Positions 36,166-45,089 of a stretch of 64,000 nucleotides of DNA are shown in pieces. The DNA lies in the NCBI GenBank assembly GCA_965222115.1, contig CBDCTJ010000007.1, forward strand, positions 928,001 to 992,000. The letters are read 5' to 3'. Below the pieces are notes generated by a model. The model did no database searches. It was not told the DNA's origin and saw nothing but the letters and a program-made list of their open reading frames with translations. Source of the stretch: Planctomycetota bacterium (GTDB taxonomy: Bacteria > Planctomycetota > PLA2 > JAEUHO01). Position numbers and translations under genes: made by a program. The stretch's first letter is position 1; each line of letters begins with the position of its first letter.

Positions 36166-37668
36166 TTATTCGCCGAAGCCTGCAAACATGCGCTTGAGCA
36201 TGTCGCCGTACTGAATGCCGTCCGGAGAACTGTCTTTGGCAAGTAGCGAGGCTTGATGGAGCCCTTCAAGGACCAGCTCGCAGCCTGCGTTCAACTCGGC
36301 CGCACTCATGCGACCGCCGCTAGGGTTGAGGTACTGGTGAACCAGCTCATGCAGCGTGGGCACGGCACTCAAGGCGGCCTGCATGTCGGTTTGATCTTGA
36401 ACGACTACAGCGTGGCCTTCCGCAAACCAATCCACGATGGCTTTGTAGGGATCGTCAATAGGCTCGGCGGTTGACGCGCGCTCATTGCGTTCATAGGGCG
36501 GCGGAAAGTAGTCACCAAACGTGGCGGCAATACCCTCGCCCACAATGCGTTCGGCAACGGCCGCGGGTCCTTCGCGTTCGCCCTCAAAGACGAGTTCGAT
36601 TTTCCCTGTAACGGCACTGAGCGCCGCAAAAACATCGGCCACGCGAGCTGAGGCTTCGCGCGCGTTTTGCTGGAGCGCTCTGCGTTCGGCGTTGCTAATG
36701 ACATTTTCCAAGAGCGAGATGGGAAGGCGCGCCGAAACGCCCGAGGACTGATCGACAAACGTGCTCTTGCGCGCCTCGAACGCACAACGTTCAATCGCTT
36801 CGCGTAAGAACCATGGAATGTGAATGCGAACGTCTCCGCGGTTCACGTAGGCCTCTTGATCGGTGATCGTGCGCGCGGTTTCGAGGTCGCGCGGATAGTG
36901 CGTGAGAATCTGACTGGCGATGCGATCGCGAAGCGGCGTGATAATGGAACCGCGGTTGGTGTAGTCTTCGGGATTGGCCGAAAACACCAGCAACACATCG
37001 AGCGGCAATCGAATGGGATGGCCGCGAAGTTGGACGTCGCGCTCTTCTAGGAGATTGAGCAAGCCCACCTGAATCCGCGGCGCCAAGTCAGGGATTTCAT
37101 TCATGGCCACAATGCCGCGGTTGGTGCGTGGAATGAGTCCAAACTGCAGGGCATCTTCGTCGTCGAGCGAAATGCGCTCATTGGCGGCCTTGATGGGATC
37201 CACATCGCCGATTAGATCAGCGATCGTTACATCGGGCGTGGCGAGTTTCTCTTGATAGCGGGCCGCTCGCGGTATCCATCGAATGGGTGCGTCGTCGCCC
37301 CTTGTCTCCACAAGGGCTGTCCCGCGACGTGAGATAGGCGAAAACGGATCGTCATTGAGATCGCACCCGTCAAGCGCAGGCAACCACGGATCCAGGAACT
37401 CCGACAACTGTCGCAAGATGCGCGTCTTCCCCTGGCCTCGGAGTCCTAGCAGAATGAAATCGTGCTTGCTGAGAATCGCGTTCTCAAGTTGGGGGATCAC
37501 CGTGTGCTCATAGCCGTGGATGCCGGGCCAGCGTTCAGCGGTCGCTGTGCGCGTTTTCATGGCGGCGATCAAGTTTTCGCGCAGTTCATCGCGCACGGAC
37601 CTTGACGTCCATCCTGATGCACGAAGTGCGCCTCGCGTAGTGGGTGGGGAGGGAGACGGGGTATTCAT
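36166..37668 (-). CDS. Magnesium-chelatase-like AAA+ ATPase (Rv0958-like)
   Basis: LGLRGQGKTR, EKLATPDVTIADLIGDVDPIK, NEIPDLAPRIQVGL, SANPEDYTNRG. Confidence 0.92.
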   Translation of the reverse strand: MNTPSPSPPTTRGALRASGWTSRSVRDELRENLIAAMKTRTATAERWPGIHGYEHTVIPQLENAILSKHDFILLGLRGQGKTRILRQLSEFLDPWLPALDGCDLNDDPFSPISRRGTALVETRGDDAPIRWIPRAARYQEKLATPDVTIADLIGDVDPIKAANERISLDDEDALQFGLIPRTNRGIVAMNEIPDLAPRIQVGLLNLLEERDVQLRGHPIRLPLDVLLVFSANPEDYTNRGSIITPLRDRIASQILTHYPRDLETARTITDQEAYVNRGDVRIHIPWFLREAIERCAFEARKSTFVDQSSGVSARLPISLLENVISNAERRALQQNAREASARVADVFAALSAVTGKIELVFEGEREGPAAVAERIVGEGIAATFGDYFPPPYERNERASTAEPIDDPYKAIVDWFAEGHAVVVQDQTDMQAALSAVPTLHELVHQYLNPSGGRMSAAELNAGCELVLEGLHQASLLAKDSSPDGIQYGDMLKRMFAGFGE

Positions 37669-37872
37669 TGCTCGTGACAACTCCGAGTTCGCGGATGCGC
37701 AGTGTGCCCTCGTGCGCCTCATGGTAGTGGGGTCCAAGGGGCCACGCCGGTCCAACAGAGGCCGGGGTCACCTTGGATTCTGCGAGATCGTCCACGCATC
37801 TCTTGATCAATCTCGACCGGGGCGCTCGGTTGTGCGATACGGTGTGCCGCAGCGCGCTACGGAGAATGCACC

Positions 37873-38289
37873 ATGCCCTACGATCCAGCCCTTGTTGCCC
37901 CCATGCGAAACGAACTCGCAAGCCTCGGCGTCGAGGAACTCATGACGGCCGACCAGGTGCGTGACTTTGTTGCGCGCGACGGCACGAAGTTCATTGTCAT
38001 CAACTCCGTGTGTGGTTGTGCCGCGGGCATGGCGCGCCCAGCCGTGAGCATCGCCAAAGGACACACGGTGCAGCCCGACGCCATCGGCACCGTGTTCGCT
38101 GGACAAGACCTCGACGCCACGGCAGCGGCCCGCGCGGCGTTTGGCCAAGTACCACCGAGCAGCCCGTCGATGGCACTACTCAAAGGCAATGAACTCGTGT
38201 GGTTTTTGCCCCGTCACATGATCGAGAACCGCGACGCACAGACGATCGCCTTCGACATCGTTTCGGCGTTTGACGAGCACTGCCAGTAA
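37873..38289 (+). CDS. Bacilliredoxin BrxA/BrxB (YphP/YqiW) family
   Basis: INSVCGCAAGMARP, TVFAGQD, PPSSPSMALLK. Confidence 0.95.
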   Translation: MPYDPALVAPMRNELASLGVEELMTADQVRDFVARDGTKFIVINSVCGCAAGMARPAVSIAKGHTVQPDAIGTVFAGQDLDATAAARAAFGQVPPSSPSMALLKGNELVWFLPRHMIENRDAQTIAFDIVSAFDEHCQ

Positions 38290-38292
38290 GTC

Positions 38293-38592
38293 GTGGGTAC
38301 GTTTCACAGCCACAAAGGGGAGCTCCACGGCATCACCGTTGTTGTGGAAACGAGAGACAACCGTATTTTTGTGGGTCGCTGCGACACAGTGACGACCGAG
38401 GAAGTATTGCTGCTCGATGCCGACGCGTTTCCGGCCCTCGAAGGTCTAACGGTTGACAATCCACCTGCGACTCGTGACGCATTCTTGGATGGCGCGAAAC
38501 GTTTTGGGGTGTGGCCGCGCATTCCGCAGATTGCGGTTCCGTGTTCTCACGTGACTTCGATCACGCGGTTAACGGATCTTGCCACGCAGTAG
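38293..38592 (+). CDS. Small hypothetical protein, possible Sm/LSm-like fold
   Basis: 99 aa, starting 3 bp after the brx stop. GITVVVETRDNRIFVGRCD...VLLLDAD resembles Sm1; IAVPCSHVTSITRL resembles Sm2. Confidence 0.7.
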   Translation: MGTFHSHKGELHGITVVVETRDNRIFVGRCDTVTTEEVLLLDADAFPALEGLTVDNPPATRDAFLDGAKRFGVWPRIPQIAVPCSHVTSITRLTDLATQ

Positions 38593-38612
38593 CCACCCTT
38601 AATAACCCTGCC

Positions 38613-40553
38613 TCAATAGCCCGGTACGCAAACGATACCCTCTAGTACGTCACGCAACGTCTGACTGTGCTTGATCATGGACGTGGGCTGGCCGTCAATT
38701 ACGGCCATAAACGTTTGAACGCCATCGGAGGCGATGCCGAATCGGCGTTCGCGATTGCTCGTGCGATGCAAGACCCAAAGACGTCCTGGGTTGCCCGCGA
38801 TATTGATTTTCTGACCCTCGCCTTGGATGGCGGCGGGACTTGCCACCTTGGCCATGCGTGCGAGGTTGGGCTGCGAAAGGCCCATCGCGTGTGAATGAAT
38901 GGTTACGGCGAGCGTGCGGTCATTCGACACGACGGTGGCGACGAGTGGACTGGCAAGATTGTCTGAACCGCGCGCCTGCCAACCCTTTGGAACCGGAATG
39001 CCAATGCCACGACGCCGATTGACATAGCCCACGTCTTTGAACGGATCAGGAATGCCATCGCCGTCCCCCGCATCTCGCTCGCTCTTCTCCATGTTCGTGC
39101 GGCGAAGCGCCGCGATCGCACGCTTCAAGTGTTCCTTGTCCGGCGCGCCGTCAATAATTCGAAGCTCGTGGCCGGTTTGAATCATGGTGCCTTCACCATG
39201 TGGCGTGGTGTAGGACAGCGTGAATTCATCGTCACTCGATTTGGGCGACGCCTCGCGATACGCCTTGCCATGGACGGCGCCGTGCGCACGTCGAAATGCC
39301 TCGGTTGCTTCCTTGGCATCCTTTCGCGTGTCAAAGGCATATGCATGAACAATCATGAGCGGCGTCGCGTCGTCTCGGACGAGGTATCTGACGTGCCCAC
39401 CATCCCATCCGGCGGCCGCGCGATGGGCGAATGACGAGACAAAGTTACCCATGTGGACGCGCGCTGCAATCGGGCGCCCGTAGGCGCCGGGTAACGGGCG
39501 CGCCCGTACCGCGTTCTTGTCGGCGGGGATGCTCGCGAGATGGTCAAGCAGCATAGCGAGATCAAGTTCACCGATGGGATGTTCGTAGAACACCGACCAA
39601 CCTTCGCCGATTGATGACGCGGTGTCTTCCGGCCAGTGAATTGTGCGCGGCAGATCTCTGCGATCGGGATTGAGCCAACGTTCTGGATGCAGCCATTGTT
39701 CTTGCGTGGTGGGTGGATTCTTGAAGAGTCTGTTCATGGTTTCTGGCAGCGACGCGGTTTGCGATTGTTGCGTCGCACGAGACACGAGCGCAGGGCCGGC
39801 TCGGTAGTGAAGCAGCGAGGGAGTAATCATGAAGGCCGGCGTTTCTTTCATTACGCGCGCTTGCGCCTTGCCGTCTTTTTGCTTCTGAGGCGAGTCGGCC
39901 ATTTCGTATTCGAATGACGCACGCGCCACCTCGGGGTGCTGCGTTTCATAGCGCAATCGAACAGCTTCGGCGCAACCCTCGAACAGGCATCGACCGGCAA
40001 AGAATCGATCGGGGTCCTCTTCGTAGGCTTCTTCCATGGCCTCAAAGTCGAAGTGTTGATCGTCAAGGGCGTGCACGAGTTCATGCACAAGGGTAGGGAT
40101 CTGTGCCTTACCCAATGGGCCCTCAACCAGCACCATGGTCTTCTCTTCGCGGTCGTAGTACCCGGCCACGAATGCGCCAAACATTTTGATGCTCATCGAA
40201 GTGACGTCTTCACCCGGGCGCAGTACCCCTACACGCTTGTAGATGCGATCGTCTCGCGCCCGCTCGTCGGCGGGATACTCCTTGTCCATCATGAGTCGCA
40301 GTTGGTCTCGTAGCGCTTCACGATCGAGAACGCGAACCGGTACGGGCTTCTTCCAAGCAAGGCCCCGTATTTTGGCGACCTCAGGCATCAACGACTCGAG
40401 GAGCTTCTGCGCCGCAGCGTCGGTTTCACGTTGTTTCTTCGTTCGCGGCTCGGGAGGAGAATCCTCTTTGGCGGAGAGCGGAGCGGCCACGTTGAATGAA
40501 AGCAACGCGAGTACAATCATCGCAAATGAGGCACGCAGCATGACGTTCTCCAA
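38613..40553 (-). CDS. Secreted zinc metallopeptidase-like protein (HExxH...EG)
   Basis: Signal peptide. VAGYYD, LVHELVHALDDQHFD, LFEGCA, PPTTQEQWLHPE, AAAGWDGG. Confidence 0.8.
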   Translation of the reverse strand: MENVMLRASFAMIVLALLSFNVAAPLSAKEDSPPEPRTKKQRETDAAAQKLLESLMPEVAKIRGLAWKKPVPVRVLDREALRDQLRLMMDKEYPADERARDDRIYKRVGVLRPGEDVTSMSIKMFGAFVAGYYDREEKTMVLVEGPLGKAQIPTLVHELVHALDDQHFDFEAMEEAYEEDPDRFFAGRCLFEGCAEAVRLRYETQHPEVARASFEYEMADSPQKQKDGKAQARVMKETPAFMITPSLLHYRAGPALVSRATQQSQTASLPETMNRLFKNPPTTQEQWLHPERWLNPDRRDLPRTIHWPEDTASSIGEGWSVFYEHPIGELDLAMLLDHLASIPADKNAVRARPLPGAYGRPIAARVHMGNFVSSFAHRAAAGWDGGHVRYLVRDDATPLMIVHAYAFDTRKDAKEATEAFRRAHGAVHGKAYREASPKSSDDEFTLSYTTPHGEGTMIQTGHELRIIDGAPDKEHLKRAIAALRRTNMEKSERDAGDGDGIPDPFKDVGYVNRRRGIGIPVPKGWQARGSDNLASPLVATVVSNDRTLAVTIHSHAMGLSQPNLARMAKVASPAAIQGEGQKINIAGNPGRLWVLHRTSNRERRFGIASDGVQTFMAVIDGQPTSMIKHSQTLRDVLEGIVCVPGY

Positions 40554-40639
40554 GGAGAGCGCATCCTAAACGTCGCAGAGCGGCGGATTCTGCATTCCGT
40601 CGGCAGGAATCCTCGAAGCGGCGTTAAGATCACGCCCCT

Positions 40640-41206
40640 ATGCCTGACTCGTTCGAACTCACCACGCCCGACACCATCGTTCTGGTGGTCTGCGCCATTT
40701 TTGCCATTCGCGGTGCCTTCAAGGGCTTCGTGTGGCAGGCCGTGCGGACCGCGGGGTTGGTCGTGGGATTGTGGGCCGCCACCAAATGGTATGCGCCGTT
40801 TGGTGAGTGGCTCAATGAGCATGTGCCTGCCATTCCGGATGTGGCAGTTACACCGTTAGCGTGGGTCCTCATTGCTGTTGGCATCTTCTTTGTGGTGTCG
40901 TTTCTCGCCCACATGGCGCGTGGTTTTGTGCGCGAACGCGAGTTGGGCTTCGCGGATCGACTCTTCGGCTTCGCTCTTGGCGCGGGAACCGGACTCGTGC
41001 TTTGCACCGCGGGCTTCTTGCTATGGGGCAGCTTCTTCTCGGATCAAAAGCTGCGTGAGACGCTAGAAGGGTCCTACTCGGTGCGCTACATGGCGAAGGC
41101 CGTCGAAGTTGTGACACCCTTCGTACCCGAGCCCATCCGCCGCCGTTGGGGTGGTGTGCTCGGCACCCTCCACGAGATCCAACCCGCCCTCCCCTCCACC
41201 GACTGA
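40640..41206 (+). CDS. CvpA (colicin V production) family membrane protein
   Basis: AIRGAFKGFV...LGFADRLFGFALG; 4 TMs. Confidence 0.88.
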   Translation: MPDSFELTTPDTIVLVVCAIFAIRGAFKGFVWQAVRTAGLVVGLWAATKWYAPFGEWLNEHVPAIPDVAVTPLAWVLIAVGIFFVVSFLAHMARGFVRERELGFADRLFGFALGAGTGLVLCTAGFLLWGSFFSDQKLRETLEGSYSVRYMAKAVEVVTPFVPEPIRRRWGGVLGTLHEIQPALPSTD

Positions 41207-41237
41207 CGCGCCACAGAACCCAGGTATTTCTGGCGCG

Positions 41238-42110
41238 TTAGTCGTCGAGGACGTCGAAGCCGTCGGCCTCGATGAGGGGGCCAAGGTCGTCGGGAATTTG
41301 GTAGGCGCCGGGAGGATTGGCGTCAGGTGCGTCGGGATCGGTTGGGTTAGAAACTGGAGAATGGGTAACCGGGACATCGCTGTTGGGGTTGGGCGAAGTC
41401 GTTGCTGGGGTATCGGTCGTGGTGGGTGATGTTGCAGACGCGGCTGGCATTGGTTTCGGTTGGTCGGGGACCGAATAGGTTGGCGTGGGAATGCCAGCGC
41501 CGTCGCGATACTCGAAGCGCGCTAGCTCGCGGAGTTTGGCGACACGCTCGTCAATGAGACCCCTTGGAATCGTTTCGCCCGCAGCGCGGCGCGCCAAGAG
41601 ATCGACGAGTTCGGCGTCGTAGTGACGATCGCCGTTTACACGCAACGTGGGCAGCAAGCCGGTCTTCGTAAGTCGTTCCAATGCTGCGGCATCGACGTAC
41701 AGCCGTTGCCGCACCGCTTCTTTGCGGAGCAGGCGATCCACATCTACATGTCCAGTCAACTTGGACGTGTCTCGCGTGGCCCGACGCGCTTTGCTTGAGG
41801 GGGGCGAGAGGCGTTCGAGCCAATAGGTGCGGATCGATGACTCATCGGTGGGGGCCCGCCCAGACGCGGCATCGACCCACGCTGCCGGAAAAACCCACGC
41901 GCCATCTTGCCAGAGCGCAGGAATCTGGCGCGAGCGCGCTTGACGGATCAATCGCTTGGGATCGCAGTGCAGCGCCTCGCTTGCATCCGCAAGGTCGTAG
42001 CGTTGGGGGGCGTCCAAATGGGGCATCGCCATGCACTGTACCCGAGGAGGCGGCGGCGTTCGTAGAACGCGTTTCGGCGGGTTCGTCACGACTTGGTATC
42101 GGTTTGCCAT
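41238..42110 (-). CDS. Protein with two excisionase/MerR-like HTH domains and an acidic Pro/Thr-rich tail
   Basis: YDLADASEALHCDPKRLIRQARSRQIPA...WVF and LLRKEAVRQRLYVDAAALERLTKTGLLP...RHYD. Start uncertain. Confidence 0.7.
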   Translation of the reverse strand: MANRYQVVTNPPKRVLRTPPPPRVQCMAMPHLDAPQRYDLADASEALHCDPKRLIRQARSRQIPALWQDGAWVFPAAWVDAASGRAPTDESSIRTYWLERLSPPSSKARRATRDTSKLTGHVDVDRLLRKEAVRQRLYVDAAALERLTKTGLLPTLRVNGDRHYDAELVDLLARRAAGETIPRGLIDERVAKLRELARFEYRDGAGIPTPTYSVPDQPKPMPAASATSPTTTDTPATTSPNPNSDVPVTHSPVSNPTDPDAPDANPPGAYQIPDDLGPLIEADGFDVLDD

Positions 42111-42210
42111 GGATTCTTCGGAACGCGACCCGTTCGTCCGTAAGGTCCATAGGTCAATCCGTGTTCGTTGCCCGCGGGAATCGACCGATTGAAAGGCGAA
42201 GGAGGCCCTC

Positions 42211-42795
42211 ATGGTTCAGTCCAGGATACACACGCGCGTTGATCGCTTCGCCGCATTGGCTTTCGCATGTCTAGCGATGTCCGCATGCCAGACGCAGCCT
42301 GCCGGCAACAAGATTCCTCAGCGAGCCAGCGTGCTACCCACCGTCGCCGGGCGTGCCAGTCCAAATTACTCCTCCGCGGTCGATGCGCGCGACGCCTACA
42401 CCCGCCAGAGCGAGAACGGCTCCTTGGTCGCTATCTTAGAAGACGCAGCGTGGCTACGTTACGAAGGCACACCTGAGCAAGTTGAATCGAAGCACAAGTC
42501 CTACTTCAAGGACGGCTACACGACGTTTCAAGTCGTCATGAATCCCGATGAATTCACGCAGCCCAATAAAGAGGTCTTCATCTTGGAAGATAGCTCGGGC
42601 CGACGGTTCCGGGGCAATCCGGTGACCTACAAGAGCGCCATGGAATGGCACGACCGCAAGTACCGCTTTGAGTTTCAATTGAGCTTCCAACATGCCGTTA
42701 GCGCGGACACGCGTTGGATCAAACTCACGCGTGAAGCCGATGGGTCTACGGTGCGTTGGGATTTCAACGATCGCCATGTTGCTAAGAAGACGTGA
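42211..42795 (+). CDS. Hypothetical lipoprotein
   Basis: AGGAGG SD upstream; lipobox-like MSAC. Confidence 0.75.
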   Translation: MVQSRIHTRVDRFAALAFACLAMSACQTQPAGNKIPQRASVLPTVAGRASPNYSSAVDARDAYTRQSENGSLVAILEDAAWLRYEGTPEQVESKHKSYFKDGYTTFQVVMNPDEFTQPNKEVFILEDSSGRRFRGNPVTYKSAMEWHDRKYRFEFQLSFQHAVSADTRWIKLTREADGSTVRWDFNDRHVAKKT

Positions 42796-42807
42796 ACTTA
42801 GTCCGGG

Positions 42808-44028
42808 CTAGAGCATCGTTCCCCGCGCCACGCGATCGAGGACGTCGTCAATGCGACCCCCGGTGTGAGGAATGGCGTGAATCCCCACCGCACGCAGTAG
42901 GGTCAATGCGCGATCGCTGAATCCGGTGGCGACAACGGCACGACACCCCAAAAGACTTTGCAGAAACACCTGCGCGTTGCCTACGCCATCCACGTGGCGA
43001 CGGAGATCATGCGGACGTCGTCGCGTGCCCAAGTGGCGGATGGAATCCGGCATTACGCGAAATACATGCAACACGTCGGCTCGCTCAAGACTCGTATCAA
43101 TCAGTACACCGTCGCGGGACGCTACGGCCACAAGCTGCGTACGCCTGCGTGGTAAGTGAGTCCCGCCGTTGTCTTCCGGCGATTCCATAAGCACATGCGC
43201 CAACCCGTCATCGGGAAGCGTGTGGGGATCGACGACTTCAAAGCGCGACGGTCGCAGCCACGCACGCAAGAGCCCTTCCACCGACGAACGCTCGTCGTGG
43301 TCGATCCGACCAAAGTGCTTTGCAACCGATGCTGTCGCGACACGCATTTCGTGCGTAGTGGGCATCGTGAGCCGAAAGTCATGGGCCGCGATATTCGGCG
43401 TGGGCGTCAAGAGATCCATGCGTTCCGCACCCGCCGCCCGCGCACGCATCGCCAGCGTCTCGACGTCTTCAAAATTAACGAGGGGGTGCACCGTGGTGCG
43501 AACGGCCACGGGCAGTCCCGCCGCATGCGCCAATCCAAACGCGCGGTGGCTGGACTCGACATACAACGCCGCCGCACGATCAACGTCGAGCGTCTCGCCG
43601 CGAAAGCGCGCACCCCGAACGAGTTTGCGGGCGCTACGTTCCGTTGCAGCGTCCATTCGGACCACGACATACGCGACGCCCAGCGACGTGAGTTCGCTCG
43701 TGTATTCCGACAGCAACGGACCATCAATAACCATGCCCACCCGCACGTCGGGGTGGTGGTCCTGAAGCAATGCCAGCGCACGCAAGATGTCGGCGGCACT
43801 GGCAAGCGGATCGCCCGGGCCGTCAAACTCAACGACCAACGGTCCTTGGCGATGGCGTCGCGCGCGCCCAGTAAGTCGCAGAACGTCGGGCACGTCCAGG
43901 TGGACCGGCATACGCGATGGGTCGCGATCCAATCGGTGAAGCAACGGCGTGGATGCCGCCGCCAGGCGCAAGAGCTGCACGCGAAGCTTGGGGTGCGCAT
44001 CAGAGGATGGGTGCGGCGGCGAGGTCAT
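42808..44028 (-). CDS. NifB-like protein (radical-SAM-like barrel plus NifX/NifY-like domain) lacking Fe-S cysteines
   Basis: GPGDPLA and collinear NifB-like segments; C-terminal VAVASRDG...LLGCRAVV...LRAVGI. No CxxxCxxC. Confidence 0.75.
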   Translation of the reverse strand: MTSPPHPSSDAHPKLRVQLLRLAAASTPLLHRLDRDPSRMPVHLDVPDVLRLTGRARRHRQGPLVVEFDGPGDPLASAADILRALALLQDHHPDVRVGMVIDGPLLSEYTSELTSLGVAYVVVRMDAATERSARKLVRGARFRGETLDVDRAAALYVESSHRAFGLAHAAGLPVAVRTTVHPLVNFEDVETLAMRARAAGAERMDLLTPTPNIAAHDFRLTMPTTHEMRVATASVAKHFGRIDHDERSSVEGLLRAWLRPSRFEVVDPHTLPDDGLAHVLMESPEDNGGTHLPRRRTQLVAVASRDGVLIDTSLERADVLHVFRVMPDSIRHLGTRRRPHDLRRHVDGVGNAQVFLQSLLGCRAVVATGFSDRALTLLRAVGIHAIPHTGGRIDDVLDRVARGTML

Positions 44029-44184
44029 GCATGAATGATTCTCAGTCGAGGCCGTCCATGGGCCAAACATCTCCGCCTTGAACCGACTCGGATATCATCA
44101 CGCGCATTGCTTCGATGCCCGATTCCTGTCACGGTGACAGAACGGCACAGATCACATACGACAATTCGCGATCTGGCAGTCGCG

Positions 44185-44958
44185 ATGCGGCAATTGCGAT
44201 ATGGGTTTCTTTTGACCACGCCAAGCTCAGCGCCTAAGCATCCCGCTCCCGAGCGTACGTGGCGTCCGCTCAGTGGTTTGGCCGTATTGAGTTTCATCTT
44301 GGCAGTTGCCGGCGTCGTTGTGTCGCTCTACTGGTGGTGGGTAGAGATCATTCCATTCATATTGGGATTGGGCGTGCTCTTCGGCGTGTCGCGTCGTTTG
44401 CGCCGTGGGCATGCTCTGGCCATCGCGGCCGTTGTGATTTCGTTGGCTGTTGGTTCGTGCAGCTATCGCGCCAATGCGGACCACAAACGTCATATTCGCG
44501 AAGTGTCCACGTCGCTCCTCTCCGCGCTTAGGCCCGATATCGCAGGCGACGTGCGTGATGATGCGATGCGCCCTTGGTTTCGCACCGACGCCCTGGATCG
44601 TGGCGTGCTCGATGACGTCATCAAGCGCCACCATGTTGTCGAAGCGGAGTTTGGATCATTTCAAGGCGAGGTCGATACCGGCGGCTTCTTTGATAGCGCA
44701 TTCCAGCGTTGGACTCAACCGCATCACTTGGTTGAGATCGGAAACGATACACCTGCGCCGCCACTCCAGGTCGGCACCGTGTGGTGGGTTCCCGCGAGCT
44801 ACGAACGCGGCACGGTGTTTGTGGGCGTCCATTTGTTTCAGGGCAAGCCCGATCTTGGGCAAATGTTGGGACTCGCGCGCGAAGGCAAAATGAAACCGGG
44901 CGTCCGCGCGCCGATTGTGGCCGATTTGCGCTTCTACCGCCAAGGGGACGGTAAGTAG
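44185..44958 (+). CDS. Membrane protein (DUF4190-like N-terminal TM bundle)
   Basis: SGLAVLSFILA...ILG...RRGHALAIAAVVIS. Start uncertain (ATG 44185 or TTG 44212). Confidence 0.65.
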   Translation: MRQLRYGFLLTTPSSAPKHPAPERTWRPLSGLAVLSFILAVAGVVVSLYWWWVEIIPFILGLGVLFGVSRRLRRGHALAIAAVVISLAVGSCSYRANADHKRHIREVSTSLLSALRPDIAGDVRDDAMRPWFRTDALDRGVLDDVIKRHHVVEAEFGSFQGEVDTGGFFDSAFQRWTQPHHLVEIGNDTPAPPLQVGTVWWVPASYERGTVFVGVHLFQGKPDLGQMLGLAREGKMKPGVRAPIVADLRFYRQGDGK

Positions 44959-45089
44959 TCCCGACGCCATCTGACGAACGCCTTGAACCTTTGGGGTGTC
45001 TAGCGCCACGTCCATCGGCCTCTTGGTACGATGCGATTCGAATGGCATGGCGCGCCATGCGTCTGAAATCGAACTCGAGGTACTGGGCC

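Noticed and set aside
35083-37668. Photosynthetic magnesium chelatase (bchI/bchD)
   Set aside because: Motifs fit the widespread Rv0958/Rv0959-like pair; no bch genes nearby.
42808-44070. Functional nifB indicating nitrogen fixation
   Set aside because: All cluster-binding cysteines are missing and no other nif genes are in the window.
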